Assembly: GCF_009914755.1 (NCBI RefSeq)
Contig: NC_060940.1
Length of the DNA: 64,000 bases
Strand: one strand, 5' to 3'
Source of the DNA: the human T2T-CHM13v2.0 reference genome, Homo sapiens
Made by a program: the position numbers and the translations under genes. The notes under the pieces are model-generated. The model was not told where the DNA came from, did no database searches, and saw nothing but the letters and a program-made list of their open reading frames with translations. This document shows, piece after piece, positions 29,560 through 44,706 of the stretch. Numbering within the stretch: the first letter of the stretch is position 1; every line of letters begins with the position of its first letter.

Positions 29560-30115
29560 CGTCCCTGAGGGTGGAACTCTCTGCTCTTCCGGGACAGCTG
29601 TTGTTTTCGCTGCTCAGCATCCGCTTCTCCCATTTCTGGAAAGAGCACCTGATTTTCCCTTGGAGAGCTACCTTGCGTCTGAGCTCCCAGCATGGGCATC
29701 TGTCCTAGGCCTGGCCAATCAGAGCATTTATGCTACCCTTAGCCACAGTGAGTGGTTCATGGAAAGGCACGTGGCCTGAGCCAGGCCCGTGAGAATCCGC
29801 TCTAGGATTGTTATAGCACTCACTGGAAAGAGGTCTTCTCTTTCTGCTGGGGTTGAAAAACTACAAGGATGGAGGCCTGAAGCTGGAGAACACACAGGGT
29901 GAGAACTTGTCTGAGAGTAAAGCTGTCCCAGAGGAAACAGCTATGGGATGGACCACAGTCCTAATACACTGAATGGCTGGATTCATCCATGCCTGAAGCC
30001 AGCCTAGTCTATGCAGTTCCGGCAGCCAGTTAACTCCCCCAGCCCCTGCTTTTTTTGGATTAAGCCAGTTTGAGCTGGGTTTCTGTCACTTACCAACAAA
30101 GAAGTTCTAATGTTC
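29560..30115 (+). mobile_element. Old MaLR LTR (MLT1J/K-like)
   Basis: ttaagccagtttgagctgggtttctgtcacttaccaac 3' end. Confidence 0.6.
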
Positions 30116-30710
30116 CTCCCACATCTTATGGCCCCCTTCTTCCAGGAAGTCCTCCGTACCCAATATCTAAGCACACAGATGCAACTGATGGCACCACTTG
30201 TCTCAAGTGGGTCATTATCATTGCCATGGCTGCCCATGAGGTGACAGCCACCCACTCCATAGGACAATGTCCAGGATGTTTGGGGGAGGGGTGTGGCACA
30301 TTGCCTCACAGACTGACACTGAGGCAGCTCATCTAGGATTTCTGGGGGATTCAGAAATGCCCCCCAGAGTTTCCTATTGCAGCCAAAGTGACAACAACAA
30401 TAACTGGTTAACCCTTACAGTGCTATGTTCTAGGCACTCTGTGTACTTCGCGTATATTAATACCTAATGATCCACATTATAATTCTATAAGGTACGTACT
30501 ATTACTATCTCCATTTTACAGGAGACAAAACCTGGCACAGGGAAGACAGCAGGCTTGTCCAAGGTCACGCAGCTACAAAGGGGAGAGGCGAGACACAAAC
30601 AATTGTCCTATTGCTTTTTACTACACACTAGCTTTTACTACACACTAGAGTCCCAGAAGTGCCACTTGCTGAGCCTTTGACTGGCAAGTCAATCAAAGTA
30701 GATTCTCCCT

Positions 30711-31055
<345 letters not shown>

Positions 31056-31071
31056 TCAATCTTTTGAGTGA

Positions 31072-31392
<321 letters not shown>

Positions 31393-32200
31393 GATTATTT
31401 TATTTGTATTACTCTTTTGGTCTGTTCCTCACCATTCCCCTCTTCCCCCAACCCCTACCTCATGCCCGGGACCTTGTCGTCTGCACCATTTCCCCAGTGC
31501 CTGGCACTTGGGCAGTGCTCACAATCCAGTTGCCGAGTGAATGGATAAATGTGGTCTCCAAACCTCACACCACCCCGAAAGGCTGTGTGTTCTCATTCCC
31601 ATTTATAGAGGAGGAAACTGAGGGTCTGAGAGGTTTACATCGAAGTTTGGTTCTCGGGCTGGCAAAAGCAGCAACATCGCCCTGGAGCTCTTTAGAAATG
31701 CAGATTCTCAGGGCGTGGGTCCAGCCACCAGTGCTTCCACCAGTGCTGCAGGCGATGTGGGGGTGTACTGAGGCTGGATACACAAGGACACGTATAGCAG
31801 CGAGAGCCGGAACTCAGAGCCCTAGCTCCTTCACCTCCCCACCCCAGCCCAAGACAAGGCAGGCAATGCCCACGATCCACTGTGCCCCATGGCAGGTAAG
31901 CCCCCATCCTGCTAAATTAGGCACCTGGTGCCTCCCACCCCCGAGAGCTGGGCAGCTCTCCAGGAGCCCCAGAAGGAACAATACCAGATTAGAGGTTTCG
32001 AGTCAGCCTCGAGGCAGGATTGATTGGGACAGGATGAATATATGGCAACAAACCCGTGGGATGCAGGCGTGCGCTTCTCAAAAGGAGTAATGAATAAATG
32101 TGAACGAATGCACAAGACTCAGCTCACATACTAATTACCTTTGCTGCCAGCCAGGCTCCTAGAAATGTGACTCACTCAGATGCTCTTAAATATACTGCAT

Positions 32201-32265
32201 CTCTCTCTCTCTCACACACACACACACACCACACACACAGACACACACACACGCGCATGCACGCA
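32201..32265. repeat. (CT)n(CA)n microsatellite
   Basis: Seen directly. Confidence 0.9.
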
Positions 32266-32651
32266 CTCTGCAGAGGGGCCAGAAGCAGCTAGCAGGTGGA
32301 GGAACAGCACACACTCTATCTCTCCACGTGCTGGGGCCTGCAGAGGGCGAACACAGGCAGGCAGGATTCCTTGTGTGAGAAGGAAAACAAGGCCTGCCCG
32401 GAGGCTACACCAAGGCCATACCTTGGTGTGAACTTAGGAATCAGATCTCCCAGTTTCCGATAATGTCCCCACACCACCTGCTAGCACCTTGTGACTCTGG
32501 GCAGCTGCCATAAGGTGCCTCATCTGCAAAACAAAGGTGCTAACAGTGTCCACCCCATGGGGTTGCGGTGACGGTTAAAATAATTAGGGTTTAGGACGGT
32601 AGTTAATGGGGTAAGCACTTTATATAAGGTGTCTATTAAATACATAAAAAA

Positions 32652-34560
32652 GGCCAAGCGCCGTAGCTCACACCTGTAATCCCAGCACTTTGGGAGGCCC
32701 AAGGCAGGCAAATCGCTTGAGCCCAGGAGTTGGAGACCAGCCTGGGCAACATAGTGAAACCCTGTCTCTATAAAAATACAAAAATTAGCCAGGTGTGGTG
32801 GTGTGTGCCTGTAATCCTAGCTACTCAGGAGGCTAAGGTGGGAGGATCGCTTGAGCCCAAGAGTTTGAGCTGCAGTGAGCCGTGACTGAGCCACTTCACT
32901 CCAGCCTAGGTGACAGCATAAAGACCCTGCTCAAAATATAATAATAATAAAATAAAATAAATAATAATAAAATAAAATAAAATAAAAAAGATTGGCAAAC
33001 GCTCCCTTGTCTGAGGTGGTGAGCTCTTCTGAAACTGATTTTTCTAGAAGGGGTGGTTGCCATGGAGATGGTGTTGTAACGAGGTGGCTCGCCTAGGTAT
33101 TTGTCCACCGCTGGTTTCCAAGCTCATGCCTGTAATCCCAGCACTCTGGAAGGCTGAGGTGGGAGACTGCTTGAGGCCAGGAGTTCAAGACCAGCCTGGG
33201 CAACATAGCAAGACTCTGTCTCTGTTATAAATAAAATAAAATAAAATAAAATAAGAAAAGAATGTGTTGTAATGAGATTACTGGTTTAGGTTTTTGTCCA
33301 CTGCTGGCTTCTAGCCTCCCCCATCAAACATCAACGAAAGAGGTCCCTGAGGTGGTGTGAAGGGGAGACCCTCTTGGGGTGGTTGGCCCTGGGGACTCCC
33401 ACACTCTTCTGCAACCTGCAGCAGGTGCTGTAAGTGAGAGCCTCGCTGTGGAGGTAGAACCTAGGCCAGAGGACCTTGGGGTGCCCTGAAACCAGGCATC
33501 TCTCTTGCGGAGTCAGACCCAGGACACCCAGAGAGCAGACACCAGCCATTCTCTTGGGAACCAGCATCCTCATCTTCCCTTTCACTCACGGGAAAGGAGA
33601 CATGAAATGTACAAAACCATTCTAGAACATTCTTACTGGCCTTGCCCCAGCTGCTACCAACACGGCTCCACCCTGTGTCCCCTCGACCCCAGCCATGTCC
33701 CCTCCGAGTGTCTAGCAGGGCAGTGGCATCTTAACCTACCTTCTCTAAAGATGGCGGTAGGCACTGGAACACAGAAGGGAAAGACAAAATGAGCAGGTGG
33801 GGTGGGAGTGGATTTCCGAGCCCTGTGCATATTTAATAGTTCAGTGCCCAGTACCCACATGAATACGGGTACACAGTTCACTCTCCCATCAGGCTGAAAG
33901 GCCTCAGTGGGAGGCAGGCCAGAAGAGGGGAGTCAGACAGAGCTATATGACACTGGGCATTACTTAACCTCTCTGAACCTAGGTCTCTTCATCTGTAAAA
34001 TGGGGATAATGATAGCGCTGCCTTACAAGGCTGGTGTGAGAAGTACGTGAAAAATAGTCTGGGCCAGGCGTGATGGCTCATGCCTGTAATCCCAGCACTA
34101 TGGGAGGCAGGAGATTGCTTGAGGAAGGGAGTTCAAGACCAGCCTGGGCAACGTAGCAAGACTGTCTCTATTATAAATAAATAAAACAAGAAAAGAAAAG
34201 TCAGGTTTGGTGCCCGACACAGAGGAAGCAACAGCTTTTTAGTGAATTGCTTGTTAAAAAGTCAATCATGGCCAGGCGCGGTGGCTCATGCCTGTAATCC
34301 CAGCACTTTAGGAGGCTGGGGTGGGCAGATCACTTGAGGACAGGAGTTTGAAACCAGCCTGGCCAACATGGTGAAACCCTGTCTCTATTACAAATACAAA
34401 AATAAGCCGGGCGTGGTGGTGCACACCTGTAATCCCAGATACTTGGGAGGCTGAGGCAGGAGGATCTCTTGAAACCGGGAGGCGGAGTTAGCAGTGAGCC
34501 GAGATTGCACCACTGCACTCCAGCCTGGGCGACAGAGTTAAACTGTCTCAAAAAAGAAAG
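32652..34560 (+). mobile_element. Alu cluster (32652-32988; monomers 33121-33260 and 34062-34200; 34270-34560)
   Basis: Four plus-strand Alu bodies separated by unique or MIR DNA. Confidence 0.85.
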
Positions 34561-35429
34561 ACAATCATGATTCCCATTTTCCTGTTGCGAAAATGAAGGC
34601 AGAGACGTCAGGAAAATTGGCCAGAGGTTCACTGGAATTTACAGGCTGGCCTGGGACTAGCCCCCATTTCTCCCAGCTCCTGACCTCAAGGCCTTTCTGC
34701 TGCATCCCTGTTCTGAATCCCTCACGTGTGGCAGAGGCTCAGGATGGGGCTGCAGAGCCAGATCCCCATGCACCCCAGCATCATAGTCTGTCCCAACTCA
34801 CTCCTGCTGGAGCCTCTGGTCCATTTCCTGCTCTGCAGGATTAAACTGTTACAAGGTTTCCTGACTTCAGACCCGCTCTTTCCCACACCCCCAATTCTCA
34901 CCCTCTGATATCTTTTCCGAGTTACAGGATCTCATCATCTTCATTTCCCAATGCTGACTAGACCACTGGCCCATTTGAGGGCTCTCAAATTAAAAAATCC
35001 TCATAGGTTAGTAAACAGGGTTGCAAGAACACAAGCTCTGTGATCCATGAATATGCAAAGCAGCTCCAATCCTGTAAATAAAAGCAATCATTGAAATGCA
35101 AATTGCATCCTTGGCTGCCCGATCCACAGTGGTTGGTTCCTCTCAGGCTGTAATTCCGAGAAGAAAATGTGACTAAGCGGAACCCCCAGGAAGCTCTGCG
35201 AGAAAGTGCTTACGGGGCCGTGGGCTCCGGGTGGCTCCGTTAGAGTGGATAAAAACTGTATGAAAGCAGGGAGTGGATTTTAAAACCTGAGCTGCTCCTC
35301 CAGTTGGCTTGCAGTGGCTGGCTAGGCTCAAAGCGGTCCCCCAAGGCTGGACAGAGCCCCTTGGAGGCTCCCAGCGTCTCTCTATCCCCATGGGCAGAAT
35401 GGAAAGGGGGGCTATTTTCCATTTCCTTG

Positions 35430-35985
35430 TCAACGTCAGGGGAGCTTCTACAAATCAGATCCCATGGCCTCCCACTCAAAACCCTCCAAGGGTTCACTGG
35501 TCCAAACAGAATAAACCCTAAACTCCTTTCCATGACCCAAAAGATCATGATCTGGCTGGTCCCTACCATTCCCCTATCCCCACCCCCAAATCTGCCTACA
35601 GCTCCAGCCACAATGGCCTTTGTTCAGTTCCTCTAAGCTCATTCCCACCTCCAAGCTTTTGCAGGCACAGTGCCTTCCTCCTGGTTCAGTCTTCCTCCAA
35701 GACCTCCCAGCGGAGGGCCCCTCTTCTAGCTGGGCTCCACTCAAATGTCACTCCCGGAACAGTCATCTCAGGTACATACACCCCTGTCACCTTCTTTTAC
35801 ATCACCCCATCTTATTTTCCTGGCCGTCCTCACCCCAATCGGATTTCATAGCCATTTGCTATGGGTTTGTTTAATGTTTGTCCACTCACTTCCCCAGCCC
35901 CGGGAGGGCAGGGGTTTTGTCCGTTTTATACAAGGCACCCAGTTCTGTTCCTGGCACGTTTCTTGAAATAACATATTAATCCAGT
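35430..35985 (+). mobile_element. L2 3' fragment
   Basis: ctcaaaaccctccaagggttc...ccagccacaatggcctt...ctcaaatgtcac...cctggcacg. Confidence 0.65.
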
Positions 35986-36191
35986 AAAGATTCTGAGTTT
36001 ATCTTTCTAACAAAACTGCCTGTCTTGCTGCCTGTGCCCCCAAATGGCGGCTCCTTCCTCCTGGAATCTCCTTCCCTTCCCAACTCAGCTGACCCCTTTC
36101 CAGGCTTAGAGCAGGGAGCAGATAGCAAACTGTTCACTCCACAGTCTTAGATACCAAACTGGCCGGGAGGGCTTCCAAACGACAGATGCCA

Positions 36192-36221
36192 ATTTGCATT
36201 CTATTTACATGTCATTTGCAT
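36192..36221. promoter_or_regulatory. Triple POU octamer array in intron 1
   Basis: ATTTGCAT (36192), ATTTACAT (36203), ATTTGCAT (36214). Confidence 0.6.
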
Positions 36222-37496
36222 GCAGTTTAACTCAAAGCCTGGATCCTCCGCAAGCCCGAGTCCCCACCGAAGAAACTTCTGAATTAAGAAGGTTCCTTGG
36301 CTGAAGTGCCGGGTTTTTTGTGCCAGATCCCTCCCCCACTTCTCTTGTCTTTGCGGGGTCCCCCAGGGCTTTCTGGGCTCTGTTCAGGTGCCCCCCGGCC
36401 TGGTGCAGTTGGGCGGCCAATGTGGCGCGTGGGCTGGGGCCCCAGGCGGGGACGCCGCTGCCCGCCACACTCCAGGGGCCTTTGTCCGCGCTCCAAGGAG
36501 CCGCCCCCTTAGCGAACGGGGGACGGAAAGGGAGGACTGGCTAGGCCTGGGTGTGACAGAGCAAGGACGGAGGAGTGAACCCGCTGCACGGGGGAGATTT
36601 CTGGGGCAAGGTCGTTGGCCCCTTCCCAGGCTGTTCAACCGGCTGCCCGGGGCCAAGGCGGGTGCGGGCTCCTCCCGCGCGCTCCCTTTTCGGCCTAAGC
36701 GCTAGGGACCCCGGGATGTGTGGGGTCCTTGTGGGGCTGGAAGCCTGTGTCCCCCAAGGAGAGGGGACCGAGAACAGGTCTAGTCCTTATCTCCAGCCTA
36801 GCCGCCTCTTCCAGAGGTCCAAGTGCCCCCTGTCTGGAAGGGAAACGCCACTCCCCCCCTCGCCATTGTATGCAGCCGCCCCCTCCTCCCCACCCCTCCC
36901 CGTCATTCGTCCCCAGCCCAGGTCTCAGCTCTGCCATCTCCCACCGCCGTGTCCCCCCCTCCCCTTGCTGAGTAATGCGCACTCAAGCCGGCTGCGGGCT
37001 TGACCCCCAGCCCCCGCGACAGGTGCGGCTGTTCACCCCCAAAGTCCAGCCCTTGTGCCCCCGGCTGCGTCTGCCCTGTCCACAGTCAGCCCCCAACGCG
37101 GCCCCAGGACCAGCCCGCAGCTCCTCACACATGACGAGTCACTAGGACACGGCTGGGCTCCTTTACCCTCCCAGCTGCCCTTCACCTGTGGTCGCCCCCA
37201 CACCCTCCTGGGAGACTTGGATCTCTACCTGGTCCGGGCACAGTCTCCCTCCCCCCGTAAAGGTCCCCAGATCCTCCCCTCCCCCGCCCACCCCTCTACG
37301 GCTCTGCTCTCGTCGCACCGTGGTTCCCCTCGCCCAGATCCCACATTTCCCCCAGCAATAAACTCCCTGGCTTGGGTTGGGGGGGCGCTTAGAAAAACAC
37401 AAGAAGCGGACCCCCCAATTCTCCCAAATCCACGGCGGGAAAAGTTTCTGGGGTCCCCACAGCGTCCTCCACTGCATCGGCGCAGCTCGCACTTAC

Positions 37497-37630
37497 CGAC
37501 CCCCGCGGCCCCGCAGCGCCGACGCTCCAGCTGGCCTTCGGCCCGAGTCACATCTCTGCGGCGCGGCCGCGGCCCCCGCTCCACGCACGCCCGCCTGCGG
37601 GTCCAGCTTCACTGCAGCGCCTGCCAGAGT
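37497..37630 (-). other. GPRC5B: GPRC5B non-coding first exon (5' end approximate)
   Basis: Consensus donor TCG|GTAAGT at 37497/37496 in the CpG island core, just downstream of tandem GC boxes. Confidence 0.85.
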
Positions 37631-37682
37631 CGCTGCCGCGCGAGGCGCCCCCTGGCCCGGCCCGCGCTGCTGCAGCGGCCGC

Positions 37683-37745
37683 GGCCCCGCCCCCGCCCCC
37701 GCCCCCGGCCGGCCCCGCCCCCGGGCCTCCGAGCCCCACCCCCGG
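37683..37745 (-). promoter_or_regulatory. Tandem GC boxes (SP/KLF) and G-quadruplex-capable tract
   Basis: ggccccgcccccgcccccgcccccggccggccccgcccccggg: five or more G4-5 runs on the minus strand just upstream of exon 1. Confidence 0.75.
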
Positions 37746-37972
37746 TCCCGCCGGCGGTTCCGCGCGGGGCTAGGCGCCGTCTGCATGCACCCCCGGAGCC
37801 CAAGCTCGTAGCTTCTAGCCCGGATCTCAGAGACGATTCCCCCGACCTCGTGCCCCCAATTCGGGGACATTCCCCCCACAACGTCAGTGCGCCCGTAAGC
37901 AGTCCAGACGAGCCGGGCAACTCCCCAGGGTAGATCCATTTGCGGGAACACTCCCCTAGCCAATACACTTAC

Positions 37973-38364
37973 CGAGGGAGGTATCGCGACCCAGGGGTCC
38001 CAGCGCGGAAGCCTTCCTGCCCCCAGGCCACGCTCCAAGGGGGGTTCATAAGCAGTAACTTCCCCGAAACACACCAGCACCAGGTCCAGGACGCAGAGAG
38101 GATCGATCCCGCCCGGTGCCTCTCGAAGTCACCAACGCCCCGGTATACACCTAGGCGCACACACACCGCTAGGCCTCCTCCAGGCAGGTTCCTCCTGGAC
38201 ACACTCTTCTCTCTCCTCACTGCCCAACTCCCAGATGTCGTTGTCCGTTTACGCACACTGGGACCAACACCCGCTTCCTTGGCCCCTCGAAACACACACG
38301 TCCAGTCGGTGCACCCCTCACGTGGGTCCCTACGCAGGATCGCCACCACCCCTACCGCACACAT
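37973..38364 (-). CDS. GPRC5B: GPRC5B alternative upstream coding first exon (MCAVGVV...SRYLPR, +131 aa giving 534 aa; internal ATG 38049 gives +26 aa, 429 aa)
   Basis: ATG at 38364, open frame to donor TCG|GTAAGT at 37973/37972. CG plus the first A of exon 2 forms CGA, in frame with the main ATG (393 nt = 131 codons). Confidence 0.65.
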
Positions 38365-39599
38365 CACCCACGTACGCACATGTCCACTGCCCTTCAGGGC
38401 TCACACACTCAGCGGCCCGGGCCACTGGCCGTGCGCTCCGCAGACGGTCAGGGCACAGCCCGGACGCGTGTCCGCTGGGCGGCCGTGGGACCTGCTTGAA
38501 GGAGGGGTCCGGGGCAGCCGTCTCTGAGTCCCCCTCACCCCGTCCTAGTCCTCAGGCCTCTCCGAGGTCGCATTGCTTCGACCAGGCCTGGGAGCTGCGC
38601 TCCGGCACCCCATATGGGGCTGGTTCCCTGGGTGACCTTCAGACCATCAAACCCTGGCAGTCTCAGGTGGCCCCCCGCCAAAGCCAGAAACAGACCTTTG
38701 AGCAGCATCCCTTCCCTGCACTCCAGATTCTCAGGGTGAGATTTCCTTTCTCCCTCCGCGGTGCGCCCCCCAATCTCTACCCCCGTCGCCGCAACCATCC
38801 CAGCCACATAAGACCAAAAGGGATAGGACGGACCCCTGCTCCCCTCTCCCGGGGGCTGCAGGAAGGGGAGATGCAGAACACCTCCTTCTGGGAATAGTGG
38901 CAGCCCCTGATCTTTGGGGACCGTGGCCCTTCCAGATACTCCCATCCCTCCCTGCCAGCCTCCCAGTTCCGGTCCGGTTAGGCCACATCCCCCTTGGGCA
39001 CGCATCTCTGGGATACCTTTTATTATATTCAAGGGAAAATGGAAAGGAAGAACCATAATGGCAGTTTTTCGCCCCACTCCTGGTTTATTTGCATGGATCC
39101 TCAGAGCCCAGAACAGTTCCAGGCACAGTAGGCGCTCATTAAATGTTTGCGGGACGACCCAAAGTGTGTTCCCGCCAGACTGCGCAATTGGAAAGTGGAT
39201 GGGCACTGTCACCTGGTGGCAGCTCTTGGAACTGACGCCGAGATCCTTTTGTCAACGTGGGCAAGTTCACTTTCGTGAGCCACATGTCCTCAACGTCTGC
39301 AAAATGGAGATCTTTTTCATCGCACATGCCTATTGGGGTTGTTGTGAAGGTCTAACACGTGCTAACATATAAAGTGCTTCACGCAGGGTCTGGCATGTGG
39401 AAAATCCTTAATATGAGCTGATTAACATTGCAGTTACGGTTATATTCCCTTTCCCACTTGTTTTACAGAGGACCCTGACTGTGATGGTCAGTTTCACTTT
39501 GGGTGATGATACCACAGGGAGCACAGAGTGAAAATGAAGGAGGACATTGAGTGGCAGGTGCATTCCTTCCCTCCAAAAAGTTCAAACACCCATGGATGA

Positions 39600-39840
39600 T
39601 AATAATAACAATAATAGCTGAGTACATAGTGCTTTCTGTGTGCCAGGAGCTATTCTAAGTGTTTTAAATTCTTTAATTCATTTAATCCTCCCAGTTACCC
39701 TTTAGGCCAGAGACTGTTATTCTCCCTGTTTTACAGATGGAGACACTGAGGCCAAGAGGGGTTAAGTACTGCCCCGGGGTTAGACGGTTGGCAAAGACAA
39801 AATCCAATCCAGGCCATCTGGCTCTGCAGGCCATATTATC
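39600..39840 (-). mobile_element. MIR
   Basis: ttttacagatggagacactgaggc core. Confidence 0.7.
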
Positions 39841-40094
39841 CACCAATGGTTAGACTGGTGTCATTTGCTGTCAGGTCAGACATTGTCACAGAGGAACCTC
39901 ACCTCCCAGGAGAGTTCACTGGGTCTCCAGCCTTGGAGAGAATGGCTCCAGGAGGTCCAGGGAGCCATGTCAGGCTCTCAAGTGCCCAGTTCACTTTGTC
40001 TAATGAAAACCAGTGGCTTCCCTGGCTCTATTCCTCACCTGAGAAATGGTCAGTGCACTGCCCATGGCTTCCCACTGACAAATGTCATGGTATG

Positions 40095-40464
40095 TGTATT
40101 AATTTCATACTGCTATGAAGAAATACCCAAGACTGGGTAATTTATAAAGAAAAAGAGATTTAATGGACTCAAAGCTCCACATGGCTGGGTAGGCCTCACA
40201 ATCATGGTAGAAGGCAAAAGAGGAGCAAAGTCACGTCTTATATGGTGGCTATATGGTGGCAGGCAAGAGTGCATGTGCAGGGGAACTGCCCTTTATTAAA
40301 CCATCAGATCTTGTGAGACTTATTCACTATCATGAGAACAGCATGGGAAAAACCCACCCCCATGATTCAATTACCTCCCTCCAGGTCCCTCCCATGACAT
40401 GTAGGGATTATGGGAGCTACAATTCAAGATGAGATTTGGGTGGGGACACAGCCAAACCATATCA
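40095..40464 (-). mobile_element. THE1 solo LTR (MaLR)
   Basis: aagaaatacccaagactgggtaatttataaag...ggggacacagccaaaccatatca. Confidence 0.88.
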
Positions 40465-40635
40465 GTGTGTAATTAGATATTTGCATGGCTCTCTGCTTGG
40501 TGTCTGTCTCCCCTACAAGACTGTATCTCAGTGCTGTGCCGTCCAATCTACACTGTCTGATAATGGCAGCCGCTAAACATGTGCCCACTAGGCACTTTAT
40601 ATGTGACTTGTATGACTACAGGATTGAACTTTCAG

Positions 40636-41575
<940 letters not shown>

Positions 41576-42081
41576 ATAATTGAATTCCAGCTTTGCTTTC
41601 CCCTTTCAAGTATGTCTATTCTGTGTCCAGACCTTTCATGATCATCCTCTTGTCTCTGCTAATAAGCAGAACATCTCCTAAAGGAATGTGGCACTCAGGG
41701 CTTTGGAGTTGTCAAAGTCGATTTCCATGAATCATCTTGCCTGAACAACAGAACCTTCTGAGGTTGGTGTCTGTGTCGCATGTGGTAAAATGAGGCTTGG
41801 GAAGGTTGAGGGACTTTCCCTTGGTCTCACAGCTGTATGTGTCAGAGGCAGGACTCAAACCCAGTTACCCATGGTCTTCTCACTTTCCACTGTGATCCCA
41901 GTGCCTGACCATGGGACCTCAGCAGGGTCTCTTCAGTGCCAGGCTCTGTGCCTGATCCCGTTGGTGGTCCCTAGATGGATATGGTGTGATCTTGCACTCA
42001 GGATGCTCCATGTCAATGGAGGAGGTTGACCTTCTCGGTAGAGTGTGAGGGGGGTTAGGACAGGGCACTGTGGAAGGACCT

Positions 42082-42801
<720 letters not shown>

Positions 42802-43091
42802 ACTTCCTACCTACATACTTTGCTTGGCTAGGCTGAGAAGGTTCCCAGGCTCCCCTGAGACTCCAGCACTTGATGTTCTCCTTAGAGCAGCAATGGGGGA
42901 CACTTCAGGCTGTTGGCATTTCTGGAAGCATCTTTGGGGTGAGCAGCCAGGAGCACTGAGTAAACAAATGTGGAACACACCATTGCCACCATTCCACTAT
43001 TTTGTGCCCATGACAGGCATCACCAATGGATTGCTGCTTTTAATGCCCTCAGTCTGTAACTGTAACTGCCCATTATGTGTTAGAAAATTCA

Positions 43092-43438
<347 letters not shown>

Positions 43439-44420
43439 TCATTCACAGTGGCAAAGTGCTCTTCAGTTGTTTCTGGGAGTCCCCAATGGGGTGTCCCCAT
43501 AGACATCCACAAACCAGTGTGTCAGTTGCAGTCAAAATGTGACTGCCACCCTCTCTTCCTACAGGTTCTTGTCTGTGAGTACGCAAGATTGCTTGGAGTA
43601 GCCTCATCATGGCCCCATTGGTCCCCTGCAAGGCTGCCATGGGGACACTCTCCCAAAGCCCCCAAAGCTGTCAGGAAACATTTAAGCAGCAGGACAATTG
43701 TTACGGCCTACACAATAGGGATGTTTGTTATCACACAACAATAAGTCGGGATGTGAGTGATCTCACAGTTGGTCCATTGCTCAACAATGTAAACAGGGGC
43801 CCAGTGTCTTTCTAGTAGTCTTCTGATCAGCTGTCCTCTGCTTGGGACCTCATGGTCACAAGATAGCTGCCATGGCACCAAACATCACATCTTCACTTGA
43901 CAATCTCCAGTATGGGAAAGAAGCTGTCCAGGGAAGAGAGCTCTTCTTGTGAGTCTCCCTGTTAATCAGAAAGAAAATCATTCCTAGAACTGCCCTACTT
44001 CTCACCCCAGGTGCAGAATTACCCTTATATTTCCTTGGTCAGAACTGAATCACCTCGCTTCCCCTAGTACAAAGGAGGCTGAGAAGTGAGCTCTTGGCAC
44101 CAAGAGACTCAGTAAAGAAGGAGGGTGAGGGAAAGGTGCTTGAGGCAGGAAACCTCAGTGTCTGCCCCAAGTGACCTTCCTGAGAGTTGAAGGAGCAGGG
44201 GCTTGAGCTGGTGGCACACATGTCCACTGCCCTACCCAGCCACCTGTAAGGGTAGCTTCTGAGCTTCTGAGTCACCACTATCTCAGGGGGATCAAACCCA
44301 ATCCCAGGGCCAGATAGAAAGTGTGTGGCCCCTTTCCCTTCTCCCCTCCCCTCCTTTTCTCCTGACGCAAATCTGTCACAGAAGCAGCTCTCTATCTTCA
44401 TAGAAGGTTTCTGCTTTACC

Positions 44421-44706
<286 letters not shown>

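Larger units (their letters stand above)
36330..38800. promoter_or_regulatory. CpG island / GPRC5B promoter
   Basis: Very high GC and CpG density, free of Alus, spanning both first exons. Confidence 0.92.

Noticed and set aside
36034-37660. CTCF-like motifs (gtgcccccaaatgg, gtgccccctgtctgg, gcgccccctggccc)
   Set aside because: Each deviates at core positions and cannot be called without ChIP data.
37055-38897. Long plus-strand ORFs (292, 195 and 220 aa) in the CpG island
   Set aside because: Pro/Arg/Ala-rich frames expected from stop-poor GC-rich DNA.
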